Origin: a virus
Lineage: Duplodnaviria; Caudoviricetes
Virus record (IMG/VR): IMGVR_UViG_3300011441_000035
Span: 1 to 25,485 of that record
DNA length: 25,485 bases
Strand: one strand, 5' to 3'
Under the pieces are notes generated by a model. That model worked only from the letters and a program-made list of their open reading frames with translations. It ran no database searches and was not told the DNA's origin. The translations under genes and the position numbers were made by a program. Below are positions 17,293 to 25,270 of the stretch, piece by piece (position 1 is the stretch's first letter; the number at the start of each line of letters is the position of its first letter).

Positions 17293-17556
17293 TTAGGGTT
17301 GATTTTCGTAAAAGCACCAGTGGTCATCATGGATCTCCAGCCGCGTCTCACCCGCCTCCATCGCCGGCGCCGTGATCATCACCACATCCGGCCACTCCGC
17401 ATTCCTCGTCACGTTCTGCACCACCCAGCACCCAAGCGCCGGCGAAAACCCCAGCGCCCCAGCCGTCATCCCAGATTCCGCCGCCACCGCCGCGAAGTCG
17501 ATAGGAATGCGCCGGCACACCCTTCCGTCCCTCCCGTCCCTTTCGTCCCTTTCCAT
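17293..17556 (-). CDS. Hypothetical protein
   Basis: Start reassigned to ATG 17556 (TGATG overlap). The N-terminus RDERDGRDGR is encoded by a 9-mer repeat. Confidence 0.5.
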   Translation of the reverse strand: MERDERDGRDGRVCRRIPIDFAAVAAESGMTAGALGFSPALGCWVVQNVTRNAEWPDVVMITAPAMEAGETRLEIHDDHWCFYENQP

Positions 17557-17819
17557 CACGTCAGGCGGCCCTCCCCACTTCCCACTTCCCACTTCCCACT
17601 TCCCACTTCCATCAGCACCTCCATCACCCTCCCCCGGTCGAAGTACCCTCGCTTCTGCCCGCCGATATGCCGCATCTTTATCGCCGCCTCCTCCCCCTCG
17701 ATCAGCCGCCGCATCGTCCGCTCACTCAGCCCGATCAGCTTCCCCACCTCCAGCACATCCCCGCGCCGCATCATCAGCGGGTACTCCCTCTCCACCTTGA
17801 TTTGAAAGTCAGACGTCAT
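17556..17819 (-). CDS. Small winged-HTH (excisionase/MerR-like) DNA-binding protein
   Basis: From ATG 17819 (ATGA overlap): LMMRRGDVLEVGKLIGLSERTMRRLIE...GQKRGYFDRGRV. Confidence 0.65.
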   Translation of the reverse strand: MTSDFQIKVEREYPLMMRRGDVLEVGKLIGLSERTMRRLIEGEEAAIKMRHIGGQKRGYFDRGRVMEVLMEVGSGKWEVGSGEGRLT

Positions 17820-18397
17820 GCTGCGTTCCATTTCGCGATCGCCTTCCCAGCTTCCTCGCAGAAGTTGCACGGATTTTTCTCGCACTCGTTGTAGTCGGCA
17901 CTCTCCGGATCTCGGTGCCAGATCAGCACATCTGAGAGATGAGCGACCATCATGTGCCCCGCCGCGGTCCGCTCGCGCGCCTGGTCCAATTCCCGCCGGC
18001 ATTCATCCAGGTCCAGCGAAACTGCCGCCGCCGCCCCGCACCGGCATTCCGATGTTTCCCTCACCGCCTCCAGCTCCTTCTGCGCCACCTCGAGCTGCTC
18101 CGCCAGCCGCAACCCACTGTCGAGATTTGCGTCATACTGCCGCACGATGTGCGCCCGCAGCTCCTCGAGCGCCGTGATGCGATCCCGCAGCTCAAGATTG
18201 TGAGCTTGGGAGTTAGCGAGGGTCAGCGAGATTTCATCCCGCTCCGCCTCGAGCACCGCGATGCGCTCAGTTGCCGCATCCAGTCGGCTCGCCTCGACAC
18301 GCACCGCCAGAAGTTTGCGCATTTCGCTATTTTCCGCTTCCAGCTCCGCGATCCGATCCCGCAGCCGGGAGAGTTCAAGTGAGTTGTCTGTGTTCAT
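17816..18397 (-). CDS. Coiled-coil hypothetical protein with Cys-rich C-terminus
   Basis: 193 aa. RIAELEAE-type heptads, ending with CEKNPCNFC. Confidence 0.65.
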   Translation of the reverse strand: MNTDNSLELSRLRDRIAELEAENSEMRKLLAVRVEASRLDAATERIAVLEAERDEISLTLANSQAHNLELRDRITALEELRAHIVRQYDANLDSGLRLAEQLEVAQKELEAVRETSECRCGAAAAVSLDLDECRRELDQARERTAAGHMMVAHLSDVLIWHRDPESADYNECEKNPCNFCEEAGKAIAKWNAA

Positions 18398-18398
18398 G

Positions 18399-20321
18399 TC
18401 AGTAACACCCTCCTCCCCGCACCATCGTCACCTCCCCCCCCGCAAAAACCGGATTCCGGATCCTCAGATACCGGCAGACATCGATCGGATCCTTCCACGC
18501 CCCATCCGCCCCATCCATCCCCGTCCAGTTCTCGAATGCCTCGATACAGTTCAGACAATTCTCCGCAAAGTACCAGCCAGGCGCCGCTTCGATCGCCGGC
18601 ACCGTCCTCCCATCTTCACTCCTCCCCGCCTTCGTCACATCGTAGCTCAGCGCATCATTCAGCAGATCGATCCCCTCGTTTATCGTGTTCTTCCGCGGCG
18701 CCCCCTCCGCCGCCACCACCATCCCGCTCGGTTCGAAGAATAATTCCTCCGCCGCCAGCAGCTCGATCAGCGTCACCGTCTCACTTGTCGCAAGATTCGG
18801 CGTATTCCCCGCCCTCGAGTCAATAATGCGTTCAAAAACCTGAATGCGTTCTCCTCCTCCCAGCTCCCGCTCCACCCGCTCGATCTCCTGCGCGTATCGC
18901 TTGATCCCCCAGCCCAGACTTTGCTGCGCCGGCCCCCGGTCCCCGTCCAGCTTCTTCCCCGTGCTCAGCGTCGCCCACGCCCCCAGCGATCCTATCCCCT
19001 CGATGTAATCCTCCGGCTGCGGCCACTCCCTTGCCACCAGCACCTGGCCCAAGCTGGACACGCACGCCCAGATCATGAAGAAATTTCGCCCGTTGCACGG
19101 GTCCGCCACGTGATACCAGGTCACCTCACCCAACTTCTTATGGCTCCCCGCCGGCCGCACGTGCACCTCCCTCGAGAATAGCGGAAACCTCGCATCCTTC
19201 GCCGCGCTCGTCAGCCCATAGACCTTGATCTTCACCACGCTCGAAGGCTTCCCCCGCATGCTCGCCACCATCCCCTCGTAGTTCCCCCCGTGCGCGTTGT
19301 CGTAAGTGTGGAAGTACGCCGCCAGCCGGCTCGCGTCGCTGCACCGCATCAGCCGCGGCACATGCTCATACCCGCACACCCCGCCGGCCGCGTCCCGTAT
19401 CGGCAGCAGCTCCGCCGGCACGCTCCGCACCACCGTCGCCCCCGCCGTGAACCGCCGCACCGTCGGCGTCTGACCACTTATCGGCGTGAACGTGATCAGA
19501 TGCACCCCGCGCCACATCCTCGAGCGCAAGCCCAGCGGCAGCTCATCCATCTCCCCCCGCGCCCGCATCGCCAGCGCCCCCACCAACTCCTCCCGGATCA
19601 CATCCAGCTTCCCCGCCTTCGTGATCAGCCGCGTGTTCAGCGCCTCCACCCATTCCACGGGTATTTCCTCGTCACTCCACACCATGTCCGGCTCATCACC
19701 CTCCAGCGCCTTCACATCCCCGCTGTAAAACTTGAAGTGACTCGCGCTCCCGTTCCCCAGACTGAAAATGTTCTCCGTGAACCCCGTCTCCTGGTTGTAA
19801 TTCAGCTTCACCCGCTCCGTCTTCCGCGCCCGCCCGCTCATCGGCTTGAATTCCGCCGGCAGATACTTCCACACCCGCCGCTGCTGGATGCTTCGGCTCC
19901 CCCCCTGGTCGAATGCGAACGCCCACACCAGCCACCCCGCATTCAGCGCCAGCGCCAGGACAAACCGCTTTGCCGCATACTCAGTTTTCGCAGACCTATT
20001 CCCCCCCTGAATCAACACCTCCAGCACGCTCCTCTGATTTCCATCCCTACACCTCAGCTCCGCCACCGCCCAATCCACTTCCCGCCAGAACGGCGCCTCA
20101 TACCCATGCCGAAACGGATCCGATTCCTCCAGCGCAATCGCCCTTTGCCTCCCCTCGATCATCCGCAGCGCCTCCCCCGCCGGCACCACCACCGTCCTCT
20201 CCCCCACCGTCACCTTCACCTCGCCGGCCCGTTCTCCTAACGCTACCACGATCCGCGGATACACCGGATGCGCCGCCTGCCGCGCCACCACCCCCTCGAG
20301 GATTGTCGCCATCTCACTCAT
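18399..20321 (-). CDS. terL: Terminase large subunit
   Basis: Walker A GGNRSAKT, Walker B DMVWSDEE, motif III TFTP, nuclease acidic residues (VADP, IIDSR, KDPIDVCRY). Start reassigned to MSEMATIL; the upstream extension is repeat-encoded. Confidence 0.9.
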   Translation of the reverse strand: MSEMATILEGVVARQAAHPVYPRIVVALGERAGEVKVTVGERTVVVPAGEALRMIEGRQRAIALEESDPFRHGYEAPFWREVDWAVAELRCRDGNQRSVLEVLIQGGNRSAKTEYAAKRFVLALALNAGWLVWAFAFDQGGSRSIQQRRVWKYLPAEFKPMSGRARKTERVKLNYNQETGFTENIFSLGNGSASHFKFYSGDVKALEGDEPDMVWSDEEIPVEWVEALNTRLITKAGKLDVIREELVGALAMRARGEMDELPLGLRSRMWRGVHLITFTPISGQTPTVRRFTAGATVVRSVPAELLPIRDAAGGVCGYEHVPRLMRCSDASRLAAYFHTYDNAHGGNYEGMVASMRGKPSSVVKIKVYGLTSAAKDARFPLFSREVHVRPAGSHKKLGEVTWYHVADPCNGRNFFMIWACVSSLGQVLVAREWPQPEDYIEGIGSLGAWATLSTGKKLDGDRGPAQQSLGWGIKRYAQEIERVERELGGGERIQVFERIIDSRAGNTPNLATSETVTLIELLAAEELFFEPSGMVVAAEGAPRKNTINEGIDLLNDALSYDVTKAGRSEDGRTVPAIEAAPGWYFAENCLNCIEAFENWTGMDGADGAWKDPIDVCRYLRIRNPVFAGGEVTMVRGGGCY

Positions 20322-20355
20322 AGTCCCTTTGGTCCCTTTGGTCCCTTCCGTCCCT

Positions 20356-20442
20356 TTACGGTTCCTTATCGTTAAGAAGCACAATCACCGCTGCGCTCAG
20401 CAACAGAGTCACGATCACAGCGGCGATAATCCACCCAGTCAT
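20356..20442 (-). CDS. 28-aa single-TM peptide; not in ORF track
   Basis: MTGWIIAAVIVTLLLSAAVIVLLNDKEP. ATGA overlap with the upstream stop. Confidence 0.55.
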   Translation of the reverse strand: MTGWIIAAVIVTLLLSAAVIVLLNDKEP

Positions 20443-20792
20443 GCTGCCGGCGATTGTTGAAATCTCACCAGCGCGTAGCAGAACGGGCAATTAAACTCGA
20501 TCCTCTGCCCGCCTCCCGGCTCCCCCTCGCGCAGCACCGTCAGCGACGCCAAATCAAAGCACGTCGCCCCACAGTGGTGACACGCGATCAGCCGCAGGCT
20601 ATTTCTTACCCGATCGTCCAGCGCCGCCGGCGCCGGGCTTGTGCGCAGCCGCTCGCTTGGTTGCGTGAGCGATTGCGACCGCTTGTTTCGGCGGCTTTCC
20701 CGCGTCGATTTCAGTTTTGACGTTCCGTTCAAACGCCTTTTTGGTTGGTTTCTTTTCGAGTGACATGGTGTGGTTTGGTTAGGTGTTATCAT
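20439..20792 (-). CDS. Zinc-ribbon-containing ORF (start uncertain)
   Basis: C-terminal CHHC...CPFC. Its stop overlaps the next ATG. The N-terminal half overlaps a 55-aa gene in another frame. Confidence 0.45.
   Translation of the reverse strand: MITPNQTTPCHSKRNQPKRRLNGTSKLKSTRESRRNKRSQSLTQPSERLRTSPAPAALDDRVRNSLRLIACHHCGATCFDLASLTVLREGEPGGGQRIEFNCPFCYALVRFQQSPAA
20599..20766 (-). CDS. Small basic protein with KQAVAIA motif (DUF6496-like); not in ORF track
   Basis: 55 aa: MSLEKKPTKKAFERNVKTEIDAGKPPKQAVAIAHATKRAAAHKPGAGGAGRSGKK. I recognise this motif from small phage proteins near packaging genes. Confidence 0.7.
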   Translation of the reverse strand: MSLEKKPTKKAFERNVKTEIDAGKPPKQAVAIAHATKRAAAHKPGAGGAGRSGKK

Positions 20793-20816
20793 TTGTGTTT
20801 ACGGTTGAAATCAAAA

Positions 20817-20957
20817 TCACAGAATCAGCCCCAGCAAAAGCCCCGCTAAAAACCCCAGCCCCAAAGCGCCCAGAGCAAACCACACCGGAATCATGCAAGG
20901 CGCCGGCCGCCCCAAATACCCAACCGGCTCCCGGTCCAGAAAGTAAGGTCGTTTCAT
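20817..20957 (-). CDS. 46-aa protein with C-terminal TM helix; not in ORF track
   Basis: MKRPYFLDREPVGYLGRPAPCMIPVWFALGALGLGFLAGLLLGLIL. Confidence 0.55.
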   Translation of the reverse strand: MKRPYFLDREPVGYLGRPAPCMIPVWFALGALGLGFLAGLLLGLIL

Positions 20958-20984
20958 GTTGTCCGTTCAGTCCGTTTCGTCCGT

Positions 20985-21425
20985 TTACTCCTCCCATCCC
21001 CGCGGCAGCAAATGAGCGACCGGCACCAGCCGCCGGTGCGCCTCGATCGTCCCTCGGACGTCCAGCACCGGCCCCGTGATCTCCTCCTCCTCCGGCCGCA
21101 GCCGGCGCCGCAGATGAAACGCCCTGCCCGTCCATTCCTCCCACTGCCCATGCAATGCGGAACCAACGCCGTCGAGTGCCTTGAACGCAGTTTCCCGCAA
21201 GATCCCAAACGGCCCACCTGCTGCAGAAGCGTGCCAGACCGGCCCGCCAAAGTCTTCCTCAATTCATTCATATCCAGAATTCACCGTCGTCACCAGCGTC
21301 ACCCCTCTCCTCAGTCTTTCCGCAAAGCGTGGATTGATCGTCTCCGCCGCCAGCCGGCAGTGATGCAGAAGCGCCGTTCGCTGACGCTCTGAAAGTCGCT
21401 CAAGCAGTTTCGATTCTTCGTTCAT
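20985..21425 (-). CDS. Hypothetical protein interrupted by one in-frame TGA at 21264-21266 (Sec/readthrough candidate or pseudogene)
   Basis: Track ORFs 21264..21581 and 20985..21200 are in the same frame. Continuous reading from ATG 21425: ...TLVTTVNSGYE*IEEDFGGPVWHASAAGGPFGILRETAFKALDGVG...HLRRRL...RGWEE. Confidence 0.6.
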
Positions 21426-21460
21426 TGGGTCCGTGGTCTTGTGGTCCGTGGTCCGTGGTC

Positions 21461-22891
21461 CTATCTCTGCGCAAAGCTGTCCTTCTGCTGCCTCTCCTCC
21501 TCCTTCATGCTGTACAGCCGCACCGTCTTGCTCGAGAACCGCGTCACCTCCCCATCGAAAAACACCTCCACCGGCCCGCACCTTCCCCGCCGATTCTTTG
21601 CCACCAGCAGCAGCGCATGCCGCGGGTCTATCTTCTTGTCCTGTTTATGCTCCGGCTTCATCCGCTCGTAGTAGTGCGGCCGGTGGATCATCACCACGGA
21701 GTTGCTCACCTCCTCCACCTTCCCCGAGTCCCTCAGGTCCGAGAGACTCGGATGCGTCCCCTCATGGTTCCGGCTCAGCTGGCAGCCCAGGATCCCCACC
21801 TTCCCCACCCGCTTTATCGCGTTCGTCACCTGCTCCCACACCGCCGTCACCAGCGCGTAGCGCAGCCCCTTGTCCTTCACCCCGTCACAGCCCAGGTCAC
21901 TCATGTGATCCACCACATAGGCCGCCGTGTCCGGATATTGCGCGTCGAAGGCGTGGATCAGACTCACCACCGCCTCGCTCGAGGCTCCCGGCACATGCGC
22001 GATGTGCAGCGGCAGATCCGAGAGCTTCCCCATCGTCCATTCGATGTGCTCCCGGTTATCCTTCAGGAACCCATCGGCAAACCTCTTGATGTTGATCCCC
22101 GTCTCCGCCGCCAGCGCCCGTTCCCCCAGCTCCTCATACCCCATCTCCGTGCTTATCAGCAGCACCCGCTTCGCCGCCTGGTTCCATTCGTCATAGTGCC
22201 CCGTCCCGCTCGCCAGATTCCGGCAGATGTCCATCAGCAACACGCTCTTTCCCATCGATGGCCGGCCGGCGATCGTCAGGATGTGCGGCGACGAGATCCC
22301 CAGGAACATCCGGTCCAGATCCGTGAACCCCAGACACAGCCCCCCCACGATTTTCCCCTCCGCCTTGATCCGCTCCTCCAGCACATCCCTCGTCAGATGC
22401 ATCACCTCCTTCATCGTCAACGACCGATTCTTCGCCCCGCCCAGCATCAGCCCGCTCAGCACCCCCTGCGCCTTTAGCGCCGTCTCCCGCCACTCAATCG
22501 CCGGATCGAAAAACGCCTTCCACAGCTCCGTCATCATCTCCATCCCCGACCGCCGGCGTGACTTTTCCACCACCACCTCCGCGTAGTAGTCCCAATGCGA
22601 CGGCACCCCGATGAAGTCTGACAGCTCGAGCAGCGTCGACGGCCCGCCCACCTCCTCCATCTTCCCCCGGTCCAGCAGCACCTGCTGCATCGCCAGCACC
22701 TCCACCGGCTTCTGCTCCGCGTGCAGCTCCGTCATCAGCCCGAATAGCAGCCGGTGCGATGGCAGATAGAAGTCCCCCGCCGTGATCAGCCCCGGCAGCC
22801 GCGGCATTACCTCGCCCGGGTCCGCCAGCATCGCGCACAGCACCGCCTTTTCCCCGTCCACACTACTCGGCATTGGATTGTCAGTCGTCAT
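21461..22891 (-). CDS. dnaB: Replicative DNA helicase
   Basis: N-domain PSSVDGEKAVLCAML/DFYLPSHRLLF. Walker A AGRPSMGKS, STEM, QLSR, PSLSDLRDSG and VAKNRRG. Confidence 0.95.
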   Translation of the reverse strand: MTTDNPMPSSVDGEKAVLCAMLADPGEVMPRLPGLITAGDFYLPSHRLLFGLMTELHAEQKPVEVLAMQQVLLDRGKMEEVGGPSTLLELSDFIGVPSHWDYYAEVVVEKSRRRSGMEMMTELWKAFFDPAIEWRETALKAQGVLSGLMLGGAKNRSLTMKEVMHLTRDVLEERIKAEGKIVGGLCLGFTDLDRMFLGISSPHILTIAGRPSMGKSVLLMDICRNLASGTGHYDEWNQAAKRVLLISTEMGYEELGERALAAETGINIKRFADGFLKDNREHIEWTMGKLSDLPLHIAHVPGASSEAVVSLIHAFDAQYPDTAAYVVDHMSDLGCDGVKDKGLRYALVTAVWEQVTNAIKRVGKVGILGCQLSRNHEGTHPSLSDLRDSGKVEEVSNSVVMIHRPHYYERMKPEHKQDKKIDPRHALLLVAKNRRGRCGPVEVFFDGEVTRFSSKTVRLYSMKEEERQQKDSFAQR

Positions 22892-23886
22892 TTTGCGTTC
22901 TCCGTTTGTTCAGTTTCAGTTTGTTGCGTCCGTTCCCACTCTGTCAAAATCAGCTCCTTGTCCCGGTGCCCTATCTCGCCCCACTCCACATCACACCCGA
23001 TCCGCATCCCCAGCCGCGCCCCGATCGCCCGCCACTCACACCCCTTTGGCAGGTCCCACTTACTCCCCAGCCCCAGCCCCAGCTCCTCCCACGCGCACCG
23101 ATTCCAATTCGCCGCCAGCGCCGTGCTCGTTATCACCGCCCGCGGGAATAGCCGGATCCACTTCGCCGCCCGCCCCTCGATCTCCTCCGCCGTCACCTCC
23201 GGACACACGTCCTTGATCTCCTTCAACGCCAGCCCCACCCGCCCCATCTCCCGCCGCGTCCCCCGCCGCCCCTCGCCTATCCCGTCCAGCCGCGCCAGCG
23301 CGTCGAATGGCAGATTCCGCGGCCGCGCCTGTTTTTTTTCCACCCCATTCGCACGTCCCAAATGTTCATCATGACTCTCTCCCGCGGCCGGGGCAGAAAC
23401 CTCCACCGGAGCCATGTGCTCCACCCCCGGCTGCAAGAGTCTTTCATGGATATCCTTAATAGGAGTACCTTCGTGGGGCTCCTTTTGGGTCAGGTGGTGG
23501 GGCTCCTTTTGGGTCAGGTGGTGACCCATTTCGATACCTGGGGTCTCTTTTGGGTCGACCCGCTTAGGTAACCAGGTTGACGGACTCGTTAGCACATGCC
23601 GCGAGGTCTGTCCCTTCCGCGCTTCCCGCACTATCATCCCCCGGTCGATCAGCTCCTTCAGCGCCCGCCATACTGTCTTTTTATTGATCCCGCACACCCG
23701 GGCGATCGAGTCCGCCCCCGGCCAAATATCCCGCCGGCTATTCAGCGTCCGCCGCGCCAGGTGCGAATACACCCGAAACGCCGCCAAGCTCAACCCCGCG
23801 TCATCCACCATCGAATGAATGAATATGATATTCGATTCACTCAGATCGTGCTCTATCTCAGAGATATCGGCGTCCTTCATTGGCAT
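22888..23886 (-). CDS. Phage replication initiator (N-terminal winged HTH, O-protein-like architecture)
   Basis: WPGADSIARVCGINKKTVWRALKELIDRGMI HTH, then a linker with direct repeats. Directly upstream of dnaB. Start reassigned to ATG 23886 (TGATG overlap). Confidence 0.75.
   Translation of the reverse strand: MPMKDADISEIEHDLSESNIIFIHSMVDDAGLSLAAFRVYSHLARRTLNSRRDIWPGADSIARVCGINKKTVWRALKELIDRGMIVREARKGQTSRHVLTSPSTWLPKRVDPKETPGIEMGHHLTQKEPHHLTQKEPHEGTPIKDIHERLLQPGVEHMAPVEVSAPAAGESHDEHLGRANGVEKKQARPRNLPFDALARLDGIGEGRRGTRREMGRVGLALKEIKDVCPEVTAEEIEGRAAKWIRLFPRAVITSTALAANWNRCAWEELGLGLGSKWDLPKGCEWRAIGARLGMRIGCDVEWGEIGHRDKELILTEWERTQQTETEQTENAK
23473..23556. repeat. Iteron-like direct repeats; putative replication origin
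   Basis: gtggggctccttttgggtcaggtg twice exactly (23473-23496, 23497-23520), plus degenerate tggggtctcttttgggtc (23539-23556). Confidence 0.65.
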
Positions 23887-24191
23887 CAGCGCCAGTCCCT
23901 GTGGTCGGTCAGCACGTAAGGCGCGGTCGGTCCTTTCCACGTCTCCTGCTTTACCATGTTTCGCCCGATCAGTTCCTCCAACGCTCGCTGGATCGTCTTC
24001 TCATCCATCAGGCACACCCGAGCCATCTGCGCCAGGCTCGACGCCGTATCGTGTTGCTCGGATTCCAAGCGCGCCAAATGATAATACAAACGAAAGGCCG
24101 GCCCACTCAGCCTCGCGTCCTCCACCGCCGGATCAAAGTTCGGGAAATCGGGATCATTCGGATCCCATTCAGGATTATTGGGTTCAGTCAT
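23886..24191 (-). CDS. Stand-alone winged-HTH protein, paralogue of the initiator N-domain
   Basis: VEDARLSGPAFRLYYHLAR...MARVCLMDEKTIQRALEELIGRNMV...KGPTAPYVLT aligns by eye with the downstream gene. Confidence 0.75.
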   Translation of the reverse strand: MTEPNNPEWDPNDPDFPNFDPAVEDARLSGPAFRLYYHLARLESEQHDTASSLAQMARVCLMDEKTIQRALEELIGRNMVKQETWKGPTAPYVLTDHRDWR

Positions 24192-24206
24192 AGTTTGGTT
24201 TGTGTT

Positions 24207-24812
24207 TCAGTTCACGCTCATTTTGAGCCCGTCGTTCACCGCCACCGCCATCTGCCTCGCCATCCAAAGGTATCCCCGCAGCGCGCACCCAGCGTCCACC
24301 AGCGCATCGTGAGCCCCAGCCGGCCGCTCCTGGCCACTCACCGCACACAGCGCATCCAGCGAGCAGCTCGAGCGCCGGTCACCATACCGCGGCGTGCACA
24401 AGCCCATGTCTTGCAGGAACATCAGCACCGCCATGCTGCACCGCCAGTTGTGCCTCAGCCCCAGCTTCACCCCCGTGCAAATCTCCGCCCAATCGAGGAA
24501 AGCCCGGTCGAATCCCGCGTTATGCGCCAACGGCCACACCTCCTCGATCTCCTTCGGCCGCCACGCGAGCCAGTTTTTGAACGCCCCCATCGCGTGCTCC
24601 AGCGACAGCGCCATCCTCCACCTCTCCTCCGTGTAGCCATTCACCCTGGCCGCCTCCGGATCGATCTTCTGCTCCAGCCACGGCTGCACTTTGCAGTAGA
24701 ACGGCGATTGCTCCCAGGTTGGCACCGCCGCGATCGCCAGCACCGCATGCTCACCCACCAGGAACCCCCCCGTTTCCACGTCGATCGCCAGCAAATGGTG
24801 CCCCTGATTCAT
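24207..24812 (-). CDS. DEDDh 3'-5' exonuclease (DnaQ/RNase T family)
   Basis: ExoI AIDVETGG, ExoII AHNAGFDRAFL, ExoIII AHDALVDA. Start reassigned to ATG 24812 (ATGA overlap). Confidence 0.9.
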   Translation of the reverse strand: MNQGHHLLAIDVETGGFLVGEHAVLAIAAVPTWEQSPFYCKVQPWLEQKIDPEAARVNGYTEERWRMALSLEHAMGAFKNWLAWRPKEIEEVWPLAHNAGFDRAFLDWAEICTGVKLGLRHNWRCSMAVLMFLQDMGLCTPRYGDRRSSCSLDALCAVSGQERPAGAHDALVDAGCALRGYLWMARQMAVAVNDGLKMSVN

Positions 24813-25270
24813 GGCAGCGGACGGATCCCCCCCGGATGCGGCGCCATTCGCGCCTCCACGCAATACCACCGCCCCTCTGCCACCCTGCACGGCAGCATTT
24901 GCCCCACTCGCAGCACCCGGTTGTCCCTCACCTGCACATCCGCGGACGCCCCTGGCCCCGTCACCACCGCGATCCACGTCGCATTCGGGTAAATCCTCAG
25001 AACCTTCAGCGCCACAGGCAGTTCCTCCTCCTTTTTCCGCTCCTCTTTCCCGTTCAAGCCCTCTTTCGGCGACTCTTTTCCGCACGCACCCAGAACGAGC
25101 AGCTCCAACTTCGTCCGGCCCGCCTCCGTATACACCTTCCGCCGGTGTCCACCCTCGCCTTCCCACCCGAAATCCTCCCCCTCCAGCAAATGCTCCTTCG
25201 CCAACGCCCCCACCGTCACCGGCGACACGCCCCACACCCCCGCCAGCTCGATGTCCGCCCCCGCCGCCAT
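24809..25270 (-). CDS. Hypothetical protein with N-terminal winged-HTH-like segment
   Basis: IELAGVWGVSPVTVGALAKEHL...RRKVYTEAG, a charged linker, then a small beta domain. Likely start ATG 25270. Confidence 0.6.
   Translation of the reverse strand: MAAGADIELAGVWGVSPVTVGALAKEHLLEGEDFGWEGEGGHRRKVYTEAGRTKLELLVLGACGKESPKEGLNGKEERKKEEELPVALKVLRIYPNATWIAVVTGPGASADVQVRDNRVLRVGQMLPCRVAEGRWYCVEARMAPHPGGIRPLP

Noticed and set aside
20954-21271. 105-aa ORF MNELRKTL... as the real gene after the TGA
   Set aside because: Overlaps look plausible at both ends, but the codons look off-frame (AGG AGG AGG from GAG GAG GAG) and the product is low-complexity. The IEEDFGGPVWHAS frame is more protein-like. Not fully excluded.
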